A stretch of 64,000 nt of DNA from NCBI RefSeq assembly GCF_001194135.2, contig NC_068993.1, positions 28,824,672 through 28,888,671 on the forward strand, given 5' to 3'. Both the position numbers and the translations under genes were made by a program. Source of the stretch: Octopus bimaculoides (taxonomy: Eukaryota). Each line of letters starts with the position of its first letter. Positions within the stretch are counted from its first letter, which is position 1. The notes beneath the pieces were generated by a model that was given only the letters and a program-made list of their open reading frames with translations, did not search any database and was not told the DNA's origin. Positions 12,994 to 24,014 of this stretch are shown here, one piece after another.

Positions 12994-13094
12994 TATACAT
13001 TTCATTCTCCATCTCAACTGCTTTCTCCATGACTTTTCTTGCTCACACTAAATTATACAAACTTCAATCACTCCTTCATCCTGTCCCACCTGAT

Positions 13095-16000
13095 GTAGTT
13101 CTCTTCAATTTCTTTATATAGGTTTTGTTCCCAATACTGAGTTTGCAAAGACTGGAGCAAATTGCGTCCCCATAGCTGTGCTTCAAATTTGGAGGTAGTT
13201 TTTTTCCGTTGAAAAGGAATGTATTGTTTTTGAGAATGAGGCTGACCATGAAGATTATAGTATATCTACTCAGGATATTTTATGACAGTAAGTCCCAAAT
13301 CATGTGGAATGTTTGTATATAAGTTTGTTACATCAAAACTAACTAGCAGTGAATGGGGTTCTGTTGTTTTGGGCAGATATGACAGGAAGTCAATGTCATC
13401 TTGAATGAAACTGAGTATGTGACTACATAGTGGTTTTAGGATAATGTCAAGAGGTTGCTCAGACAATGTGTAGGACAGGCCAGACCAACTATAATGAGTC
13501 TTAGTTTAAAATCCTTTGGTTGTGGTAGTTTTATAAATTCACAACCTTGTTCCTTTATAGTGTTCTGTATTTCTTTTGACTTATGTATTTTGGGTAAGTC
13601 ATAGAAGTTGTTGGATTTCAATTCGAAATTGGTAATATAGTCCCTTTCATTAGAAGTGAGGGAGTTATAATGTTGTGAAACTAAATAATTGAATTTCTTC
13701 ATAATGTGGTGTTCAATATTTGAGGGTATTTCATGGTAGAACGTTGTATCTTTTAAATGATCTTCAGCTAGATTCTGGTAATATTCTGTATCCATTATAA
13801 TAATGGCACCCCTTTGTCTGCTTGTTTGATGACAATTGTGTTGTCATTTGACAACGTATAAGGGCAGACTTTTCTAGTTTTGAAATGTTTGAAATGTCTG
13901 ACATTGATATTATGCTTCAGTGGGAATCTGGAGAGGATGTCAATGAACTGATCTAGATGTTTAAATTTTGTTTCATTTTTCACCAAGGATTCGTCATTCT
14001 CTTTATTTTTATCAGTAAAAAACTCCACAAGTCGTAGTTTCCAATAGAAGTTTTTGATATCTTCCTCCAATTCCTGATGGTTGACTGTAGGTGTAGGTGT
14101 AAATTTTAGTCCTTTCATCAATAATCAAAGTTTGTCACTGTCTATATTTCTTTTTGACAGATTAATAATTTTAGGATCTATCCTATCAATTGTTTCACAG
14201 TTGTTTCTTCTTGGAATTTTTCTTTCTTTGGTGTTTGCTGTCCTGATCTTAAAAGATCGATTTCTTTTTGTCTATTATTTCTTCTATTATCAACATCTTT
14301 CCTCTGGCAAGCTTTGTACTTTGGTTGTGGTGTTTGGTCAGGTATGTTTTTCTCTTGTTTCTAGGTATGGGCATATTATTTATATTTTCAGTTTGTGAAA
14401 AGAATTTTTGGGATTTATTTGACAGTCTATTTATTTGGTTTTTGTTGTTTCTAATAGGCTATTTTTGTTGAGGTCTTGAATGTGATTTCTTCCCAGTTTT
14501 ACTTCCTCTCATATTTTGATCAAATGAATAATTGTTTTGTTTACTAATGTTTTGATCTAAGAAATGTTTATTTTGTTTATGATATTCTTGTATGTTACAT
14601 GTATTGGTGTTTCTTTGTATATTTTAATGATAAAAAGTTCTTACTGTAGTTCCTTGTGGTTGACTGTTTTTGTTGCCAAGTGTTTTTGCATATGTTGTGT
14701 TGGTTAGGTTGCTTTTTTATATTTCTTTTATGTGGTACTGAGGTGTCATTACTATAGTTTTTAGCATATTTATCAAAGAACAATTGTTTCTTTTGCTATA
14801 AATGTCTTCATTTACTTTCTTCTTTTGTAATATCTTTAACCCACATCTCTTTCATTTTCTCAGCTTTGTTTCCTGTGGCTATTTTCGATATTGCCTTGAT
14901 AATTTCATTGTCTACTGTTTCATATTTTGTCTTGAATCGAGACTCTTTATTTAGATTAATAGAGATGTCTTTCTTCACTTTTGACATAGTCAGCACCCAT
15001 CTTAGTTTTGTTTCCTCCTTCAGTTCTATAATTTCTTTAATTAAGAATTTACGGGGAAGTATGGGTATATCTGACTCAATCTAATATGTGTATATCTCAG
15101 CATGTATTTTACATTTGTATGCCTTCCAAAAATTCCCTTTACATGTCAACCAAATTTGTTTTCTTTTTCTATAGGTTTCGTTTTCTAAATTTTTGTTAAG
15201 CTTTTGTATCCATGATGGCTGTGTTAGACTTTCTCTTGGAGATTTTACCACTTCTGATAGGGTCTCGGTCAATATACAGCTTAAGTCTCTGTCACAAAAA
15301 CAGGAAAAAAAATCAGCCTACTAGCTGTAAAAAAAAATGTGTAGAAAATGAATACAAATCAAACATTTGTGCGAACGAACGGGGTGGGGTGGGGAGAGGA
15401 CTTTTGGAAAATTCACATGATCCAATTTTTCTCTCATAACTTTATGGAAAATGGATATATATATATTACTGAAATTTTATAGAAATTCTGTTTAAATGGC
15501 ACAGATTATGATTATAAAGAAATTTCTGGGGAAAATATTTTCTGAAGGGGTGGAGAGAGGATGGTCAGAAAGTTCCATTTTTTTTCCCTCATAACTTTCA
15601 GGATCTAGTTTAGCGCCTGGTCACCAAAACGACAAAAAAACCCATTGTACTAGGTCTACAAAGACATGTAGAAAATGAATATGAAAACAAAAATTTGTGC
15701 TAACGAATGGGTGGTGGGTGTTGAGAGGACTTTTGGAAAATTCACATGATCCGATTTTTTCCCACATAACTTTCAGGGAAACATTTTCCCCACAAGTTTC
15801 TTTATAATCATAATCTATGCCATTTGAAAGGTGTTTCTGTAAAATTTTATCAAAAGCTATCCATTTTCCTGAAAGTTATGGGGGGAAAATATCGTATTGG
15901 GTGAATTTTCTGAAAGTACTCTCCCCACCCACCCCTGTTCCTTTGTGCAAATTTTTGCTTTCATATTCATTTTCTACACATTTTCTACATCTAGTACACT

Positions 16001-17150
16001 GTTTTTTTACGTTTTGGTGACCAGGCGCTAAACTAGATCCTGAAAGTTATGGAAAAAATGGATAGTGTGAACTTTCCAACAGTCCTCTCCCCGCCCCTTT
16101 GGAAAACATTTTACCCACAAATTTCTTTATAATCGTAATCTATGCTGTTTGAAAGGTGTTTCTGTGTAAAATTTCAGTAAAAGACATCCATTTTTCTGAA
16201 AGTTATGAGGGGAAAAAATCAGATCATGTGAATTTTCTGAAAGTCCTCTCTCCACCACCACACCCTCATTTGTTTGCATAAATTTTTGTTTTCTTATTCG
16301 TTTTCTACACTTTTTTGTATACCTATTAGACTGTCTTTTTGTTGTTTTGGTGACCAGGCACTAAACTAGATCCTGAAAGTTATCTGGGGAAAAAATGGAT
16401 CGTGTGAACTTTCCAACAGTCCCCACCCCTTCAGAAAACATTCCCCTCCCACATTTTTTTATAATCGTAAGGTGTTTCTGTAAAATTACATCAAAAGTAT
16501 CCATTTTCCTTATAGTTATAAGGGAAAAATTTGGATCATGTGAATTTTCTGAAATCCTCTCCCCACTCCTTCAGAAAAAACTTTCACCAGAAATTTCTTT
16601 ATAATCGTAATCTGTGCCATCTATAAAATTTCAGTAATATGTGTCCATTTTTCTTGATGTTATAAGGGAAAAATCAGATCTTGTGACTTTTCTGAAAGTC
16701 CTCTCCCCAAATTTTTATTTTCATATTCGTTTTGTACACATTTTTTTACACCTAGTAGGCTAGCTTTTTTTTGTTTTCATGACCGGATCTTAAACTATAT
16801 ATTGATTGGGTCTCAGATAAATCCTTGATTTCTGAATGTAGATTTGGACATATATCTTTATCTGTTGATTGTTTTTCCAGTTCCTGTAGGATAGTTGTTT
16901 GTTTTTCCATTATTGAGATAAGTGTTGATAATTTGCATAATATTTCTTTTAAGAGCAGTCTAAAAAGTACCAAAGTTGTCAAGAACTCAACTGTCAGTTA
17001 AACACATTAGAAATTTGATGATTACGCTATGTATGAAAGTGCTAAGTTAACTTTATGAGCATTACAAAATATATATTTTTTTAATGTTAAAATACCATAA
17101 TAAAAAACGTGGAAACCAGACCATGTTTTAACTTTAATCAACTGATATAT
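13095..17150 (-). mobile_element. Penelope-like retroelement (second RT subtype), 3'-truncated and interrupted by the 15285-16789 foldback
   Basis: KGLKFTPTP, VIKQADKG, FYDLPKIHK, LRLIIVGLACPT, LVSFDVTNLYTNIP, and about 13130-13240 NTFLFNGKNYLQI*STAMGTQFAPVFAN. The N-terminal frame joins across the TTAA insertion. Confidence 0.85.
15285..16789. mobile_element. TTAA-flanked foldback element made of inverted satellite-like units
   Basis: TTAA at 15281-15284 and 16790-16793. Degenerate TIRs (gtca..aaaaca..aaaaaaa..agcctactag). Marker ggatctagtttagcgcctggtcaccaaaac on + at 15601 and on - at 16011-16040 and 16344-16373. Confidence 0.8.
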
Positions 17151-17201
17151 ATATNNNNNNNNNNNNNNNNNNNNNNNNNNNNNNNNNNNNNNNNNNNNNN
17201 N

Positions 17202-17596
17202 TAAAGTTAAGAAAGAGAGAAACAAATTTTGAAGGTTGGTATTCATATTCATTCAATCCGTTTCAAATTGTTGAAATTCTCCACAACATACATAGATGCT
17301 TTCACATATATGAAACATAGCAAAAGTTCATAAGAGTTTATAAATATATATATATAAAAATTCATAAGTGTATAAAAACTTAAAATATATAAAACTTTAT
17401 AAACATGTAAATATAAATACATAGATGTACTTGTGAGGTTTAAATTTTTATATATTTATAAATTCTTATGAACTTTTACCATGTCTCATATATGTGAACA
17501 CATCTGTGTACATTGTGGAGAATTTCAACAATTTGAAATGGATTGAATGAATATGAATACTGACCATTGAAATTTGTTTCTCTCTTTCTTAACTCT
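17202..17596. repeat. Inverted duplication of the PLE terminal repeat (arms about 17202-17360 / 17443-17596)
   Basis: Arms about 155 bp, roughly 85-90% complementary by eye. The right arm overlaps the sequence repeated at the PLE 3' end. Confidence 0.85.
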
Positions 17597-19550
17597 ATAT
17601 TCCTGAAGCTCTATTAGCACGCTTATTAGTTGTGTTGTATAAAGTGAATAACTATACCATGTACTTCTTCATTATTCTATATCTGCTCAAGGTGAGCACT
17701 TCCTACAGCATCAACCTATGGAGAAACAATTCCTTGGTCAATTTATAAAAAATATCCTGGTTCCACCTAGGGATATGTACACCAATATGCTACTGCAGAG
17801 AATTAGAGAATTCATCAAAAGGTTGAGATAGAAAGCATTTTACTATGATTCAAAATTGGATAATTATAACTTGAAAACCTACAGAAACTTTCCTCACAAT
17901 CCTGCACTACTTAAACTGGAAAAAGACCTCATTAACATGGTAAAAAGACTAAAATTCTTGAGAATCACAAACCACATCCAGAAGAAATTAACTGACATTA
18001 TCTCTCAAATAAAACAAACTCTGATAACCTACATGTTCTTTCTGATAAAACAGAAACCTGTATTCACTACCTACCGACGCCTATAATAACTTTATCTTGA
18101 AGGAATTGAACTCTAAATATAAAATAGTGGCCAATAATAGACTGAATGAAATTAATAAGAACTATTTTGACTTAATTAAGGAGCTAAAATTGCTAGATAG
18201 GACGGAACCTTATGCCCCTAAAATCCCACATTTCACTTTTAAGGACCACAAAACTAACTTTGAGTGCAAACCCACCATTAGGCTAATCTGCCCAACCAGA
18301 TCTGACTTGGACAGAATTAGTAAGTCTATCATTGATAGAATTATCTCTTGTGTTAAAAGAAACACAAACCTCCCACTTTGGATATCCACAGGAGATGTCA
18401 TAACTTGGTTTTGCTCTTTGAATAACAAAAGGAAAACCTGCTTTATACAATTCAAGCTTAGTAATTACTACCAATCTATTAAGCCTGATTTACTCAACAA
18501 AGCAATTACTTTTGTGGAGAATTTTACTAGTATTACACCATTAGAGAAAAATATTATTTTTCACCGCAAGAAAAATACTGATATTCTTCAGAAATAGGAC
18601 TTGGACCCGATATGACCTTCATGACAACTTTGATGTTACAATGGGAAGCTCGGACTGTGTCCAGGTCACAGATATTGTTGGCCTATTTTTACTCTCAAAA
18701 ATTAATGAAGAATTTCCTAATATCAAAGGAGGTCTGTATAGAGACGATGCCTTATTCTCTATATCTGGTTCCTCTGCACAAGCAACTGATAGGATAAGGA
18801 AAAGATTAATTGAATTTTTTAAGTTATACAACTTAGATATTATATTTGAAAATGTTACTAAATGTGTTAACATATTGGATGTAACATTAAATCTAGATCT
18901 AGATGATGGCTTATTCTATCCTTACCATAAGCCTAATCAAACTATTAAGTATATCCACACCTTATCAAATCATCCCCAAAGTGTCATTAAGGGAATAATC
19001 AAAGTTATGTTGATAAGAATATCTAACTTATCTGCAAACAAAAAGATCATCGATGATTTTGCACCCCTTTATAATACAGCATTAAAAGACAGTGGATTCA
19101 ATAGGAAAATATATTATATTAAGAACACAATATTTTAAAATAAATCAGGCAAACGTTTTCCAAATATTTAAACATCGACACACCTCCCATAAACCAACCA
19201 CCCCGAATATAGGAACCAACAACATTTTAGAAGATACTATAATCTAATTATAATAACAATAACTATACTGGGCAGAATAGGAAAACCTTGGGGAGGAGAC
19301 AAGAAATTATATGGTTCACACCTCCCTTTTCCCTCCAGGTCAGAAACCTCCCTAAATTATTTTTTTAGAATTATTGACATGAACTTCCCACTAGGTCATA
19401 AATATCATTCCATATTTAATAGATCCTGCCTTAACTTATCACACTCAAACACTCCCAATCTAGGATCTATGATTGTGGCCAACAATAGACTTGAACTTAG
19501 AAATAACAGCATTAACAGAGATGATTATATAGCTGACCTTAATATAAAGA

Positions 19551-19740
19551 ATAATCCTTTTCTACTCTAGGCACAAGGCCCAAAATTTTTGGGGAGGGGG
19601 CCAGTTGATTAGATCGACCTCACGAACCTGAAAGGAAGAAAGGCAAAGTCGACCTCGGCGGAATTTGAACCCAGAATTTAAAGACAGACAAAATACCGCT
19701 AAGCATTTCACCCAGTGTGCTAATGTTTCTGCCAACTCGC
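19551..19740 (-). mobile_element. tRNA-derived SINE inserted in the PLE linker
   Basis: Minus strand gcgagttggcagaaacattagc...gggttcaaattccgccgaggtcgactttgcc. Same family as 36769-36981. Confidence 0.8.
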
Positions 19741-20422
19741 AAAACCCTGATATTAAAATTAGAAAGGCTAAACCTGGAAATAAAACATGTAATTGTCATA
19801 ACAGGGTCCTATGTCCCTTAAAAGGATTCTGTTTAAAAAGAAATGTCATATGTAAAGTTGAGGTTTCAACCCTTAATGAACCTAAAAATATATACATAGC
19901 AAGTACGACTGATTGTAAGATTAGATATAGGGCACACACAAATTCATTTATCAATCATAAAACAAAAACTTCAACCACACTAGCTACTCACATCAATAAA
20001 TTAAAAATGCGCAATAAAGAATTCATTCTAGATTGGTCTATCATAATGGAAACCACACCATATAATACATACTAAAAATTGCGATTTATGCATAAAGGAA
20101 GCAATCCACATACTCCATACCAACAAAAAGAGCTTACTTAATAAGATATCTGATGTCATAATTACCTGTAGACATAAATATCTTTCAACTTTTAAATTCT
20201 TCCCCAAAAATAATTAGCCTATAGGATTTTAATCTAGTCGCCTTTCATATTTTGGATTCATTGTAAAATACTATTATATAGAGCATCGTAATGTATCTTG
20301 ACATGTAACTTTAATTCTAATTATATCATCCACATGAACAGTATGGTCCAACAAAGCATTCTTTTTTTTAAAATTCTCAATCTTTCATGTCTCTAAAAAA
20401 TTTTAATAACTCTTTGAATCTT

Positions 20423-20516
20423 CTAACTCTGATGAGAGAAATATAGATAATTGCTATGGTTAGTGTTAGCTTGCCCATACCAACCTATATCTCCCTGAAA
20501 TGACCGTCAGACGTAG
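20423..20516 (+). ncRNA. Degenerate hammerhead ribozyme in the PLE 3' region
   Basis: CTGATGA (20429-20435), long imperfect stem II (gagaaatatag/ctatatctccct) enclosing a tatgg/ccata hairpin, GAAA (20497-20500), GTC (20506-20508). Stems I and III poorly paired. Confidence 0.5.
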
Positions 20517-20974
20517 CACTTATTCAGGATTTCTCTTAAATCATTTTATACTAACTTTCTCATCTACCCTTCTCATTGATTCTAATATGGACATTCAATT
20601 TCGCAAGTACATCTATGTATTTATATTTATATGTTTATATATTTATAAATTTCAACATTGAATGAAATGGATTGAATGAATATGAATACTGACCTTTGAA
20701 ATTTGTTTCTCTCTTTCTTAACTTTATATTCCTGAAGCTCTATTAGAGTGCTTGTAGTAATTAACCAAATTAATATAGTTAAATTAAATTAAATTTGGTT
20801 AAGTTCTATACTGCAAGTGATGAATTGAAACAATTGTAGGTCTGGTTTTGTCAATGTTAATAAACTTTTATTAATCTTATCTCCATTTTCTCTCTTGTTT
20901 TGTATATTACTAATACTATGTATGTATGTGCCTGAATATTTTTAATCCTTCTGAGGTTTATATCCTCTCTTGTA

Positions 20975-21034
<60 letters not shown>

Positions 21035-21037
<3 letters not shown>

Positions 21038-21240
21038 CCATGGGCATATGGCATAGTGGTTAAGAGCGCAGGCTACTAACCCCAAGATTCTGAGTTGGAT
21101 TCCAGGCAGTGATCAGAATAATAATAATAATAATAATAAACAACATTGGGAAAATACCTTAGGAATGAGAACCTAGGTTTGAAATTCCCCAGGACACTTG
21201 ATGAAAGCTGAAGAGTACATCCGTCAAATGTAAATAATGT
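21035..21240 (+). mobile_element. tRNA-head SINE with internal (AAT)n
   Basis: tggcatagtggttaag (A-box-like) and gagttggattcc (B-box-like), followed by non-tRNA body. Confidence 0.7.
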
Positions 21241-21284
21241 AACTAATGAATATATATATATATATATAACACATCTGTCAGATG

Positions 21285-21326
21285 GGACCTTGATGACTGC
21301 TATAAAGCATGAAAGTATACTAGTCC
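21285..21326 (+). ncRNA. Compact type I hammerhead-like motif with a one-base core insertion
   Basis: ggac-c(t)tgatga-ctgc tataaa gcat-gaaa-g tata c-ta-gtcc. Stem I ggac/gtcc, palindromic stem III GTATAC, CUA triplet. Confidence 0.5.
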
Positions 21327-22292
21327 TTTTATATTTAATACTCAATATTTTATTTATTCAATAAGACATTCAATACTTCATTTCATTATACTTCATTTCA
21401 TTTTACTATTTATATTATATATTCCATATTCTATATCACACATTAATTTTGTAAGAATATGAATANNNNNNNNNNTATATATATATATATATATATATAA
21501 TATTAGTTATAGAATAAAAACGCTGGGTTAATGACTCAACATATCACACCCCCTTAATGAACATATGTAAGATATACAACATAATCCATAATCCATAATC
21601 CATAAGGAATAAGAAATATATAAGAAGTGAGATGCAAGAAATAGAACAAAAAGTATAAAATTTTATACACAAATGTATTGTTTCAACTGATAACATACAA
21701 ATGAGTTAAAGATATAATACAATACACATAAATATCATTTCATAGAAGTTAAAATTAATACGAATAAAAATTAATACAAATAAAAGGAATAAAAATTTCA
21801 AATATATAATATTATATAGGTCAAACTAAAATAAAGAAAAATAAAATAAAGAAATGAGGTACCATAAAGTAGTCCATTGGTTAAAAATGAAGGACAGAAA
21901 TGATTTAACACTATTTAGAATTAAAGCACAAAGTTCTTCATCTCCCTGTAGACACCAATAGGCAAGTTCTTCATCTCCCTGTAGACACCAATAGGCAAGT
22001 CCGCACCAGTTAGGTATATACAAGAGTGAATAACAGGCACCCAGCAGGTATCAGCATGTAAAACATGTAAAATTTAATTCCGCTCACCAAGTCCAAAAGT
22101 TCACAACACATGGGTCAAAATACAATTACAGCACCCAGCAGGTATCAATCAGTAAAAACAATTTCACGAAAACCACATACAACACCTATGGCCATTTTGG
22201 GGGTACACCACTGTATTATAAACACAATAGAGTGCAAACTGGTGATGACCCCCTCGTCAGGGTAAACTTACGTACAAATGTCACGACATGCA

Positions 22293-23996
22293 ATTTCTTT
22301 ATTAGGCATAAAGCCCCAAACACAGATGAGGACACCACAAGGACAGACAAGACCACAGTGGGGACAAAAAACATAAAACAAATGTAAATGAAACGAAAGT
22401 TATATAAAAATGAGAAAATGAAATGGACGCACGGGCCCCACTCTCATGCATTACCATTTGAACTGTTATATGTACATTTTACAATTGTTCTTTTTTTTTA
22501 ATTTCATACTTTTCTCTTGTCTTTAGTAAAAGTTCATTAGGTGTTCAATTTCTCTTAACTCCACCACTGGTGGTAACTCTTTAAATTCCACCTTTACTCC
22601 TGGCGGGACAACGTTACCCCACACATCTCTTTCAATTTTCTATAGTTTTCTTCTTCGATCACTATTGCCTTCATATCCTCCGCGTAGATGTATGAAGGCA
22701 CCTTTACTCTTACTATTGAATGTAACTTGATTATTTTTTTCTCTATTTCAACATTTATTGAGTACGTTACATAATACCATACTCCTTCTCCTCCTCATAT
22801 CTTCTTTCCTTTCTCTTGGACTTTTGGTTCTCTCTTTTCTTCCTCCCTAAATAGTCTCTCCATCTCACCTTCATACAGTTGGGTTTCCGATACTTTCTCC
22901 ACTGGTAACTCCACTTTCTTTTTCCTTCCTACTGCCCTCCTTCACAATTTCTTTTCTCACCCCTTCCCTCTCCTTTTTCTGCTTCTCTGGCAGAGAACTC
23001 ATTCCTCCGCTCCTCCTTCTTTTCTTTTTAGCCATAGTGAATCCCTTCTCCGCTTCTTTTTCTGTTTCTTTTCTCGTTGCCTTGTCCTGTACTACCTGGT
23101 CCACACTCTCCTGTCTCTCCACCTGTTCTGTTTGTAGCTTCCTTTGGGTGCACCATGCCTTCATGTGGCCCCTTTCTCCACATGTGAAACACACTGGTGG
23201 CCTACCCTCCACCACGATCCGTAGTCGGGTGTCATCGGGGAGCACCAACTCCTCTGCAATATTATGTAGGTCCAGTAGGGTAATGTGGGTTAGGATTTCT
23301 ACCCCAAAACCCTACCATTTGATTTCTCTGGACCTTTCCACCTTGATTATTTTCACCTCATTTTTACATTTGTAAATCACCGCTGCTACCAACCATTCCA
23401 TGTCTATTTCTAGCGGTACTCTACCAATTCTTATTCTCGCCACCCTTCTACCGCAATATACTGGTAAAAGGGCCCACTCCTCTGTTTTCAAAGACATGGT
23501 AGAGTACTTATTTGCTCCTTCTTCAGTCTTGAAATAGACTTTTACTGTTCCATATTTCCTTCCTCTCATGAATAGTACCACTTCCTCCATAATTCTGTTC
23601 AAACAATTTTCAATTACTTCTGTCTTCGCAATTTCGATTTTTTTTAGAGTTAATATTCAACGTTTTATGTATAATAATTTTTTTCTCCGCTTCCTCCATT
23701 ATTTCTTTGGGTGGATTAACCCGCAGACAGTCTCCTTCTTTCTTCAAATACTTGAAATGTCTCTTCAAATTTTCCATTTTAATGTTAACTTCTCTCATTC
23801 CCATGTCACTGGCCGGCCGGCCGCTGCCAGCTGCAGCTGCGTAGCTAGTAGTCATTTAAACACTACAGCAATGACTTCCAACAACAAAATAATTCAATAA
23901 ACAGTAACAAAATAACAGTAACAATTCTTCAACAGTTTCATACAACGATTTCTTAACAACTACTCACACTCTCCTTCAAATTATCACAACACGACT
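22293..23996 (-). mobile_element. Unit A: ORF1/gag-only retroelement-like unit flanked by identical 18-bp direct repeats
   Basis: caaatgtcacgacatgca at 22275-22292 and 23997-24014. About 140-nt 5' UTR, ORF from 23855, T-rich 3' UTR ending cctaataaaagaaat on the minus strand. No RT/EN sequence. Confidence 0.75.
22540..23855 (-). pseudogene. Unit A ORF1/gag-like ORF with CCHC zinc knuckle (frameshifts and a stop)
   Basis: MTTSYAAAAG...GRKYGTVKVYF...LLPVYCGRRVARIRIGRVPLEIDMEWL...VVEGRPPVCFTCGERGHMKAWC (CX2CX4HX4C), basic KKKRRR tract, further C-terminal block YGYYVTYSINVE... Confidence 0.75.
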
Positions 23997-24014
23997 CAAA
24001 TGTCACGACATGCA

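Larger units (their letters stand above)
17521..20757 (+). mobile_element. Penelope-like retroelement (RT + C-terminal GIY-YIG) with pseudo-LTRs, decayed
   Basis: PTIRLICPTRSDL, FIQFKLSNYYQSI, MGSSDCVQVTDIVG, GLYRDDAL, YHKPNQ..SNHP, EN NVICKVEV...IYIASTT..RYRAH. 84-bp direct repeats 17534-17617 / 20663-20746 with 2 mismatches. Confidence 0.92.

Noticed and set aside
12200-13100. Joining the 12.2-kb GIY-YIG to the 13-17-kb RT as one element
   Set aside because: The RT breaks off before its catalytic motif, unrelated sequence and (TA)n intervene, and the EN resembles the other PLE subtype.
21045-21110. tRNA gene
   Set aside because: A/B-box-like motifs but poor acceptor stem and a SINE body follows.
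21198-21232. ttgatga-aagctg... hammerhead-like core in the SINE body; also ctgatga on the minus strand near 868 and ctgacgag near 22255
   Set aside because: No correctly placed GAAA or stem III.
21931-22002. 34-bp tandem duplication (aagttcttcatctccctgtagacaccaataggc-type unit)
   Set aside because: Simple local slippage duplication; no further structure found.
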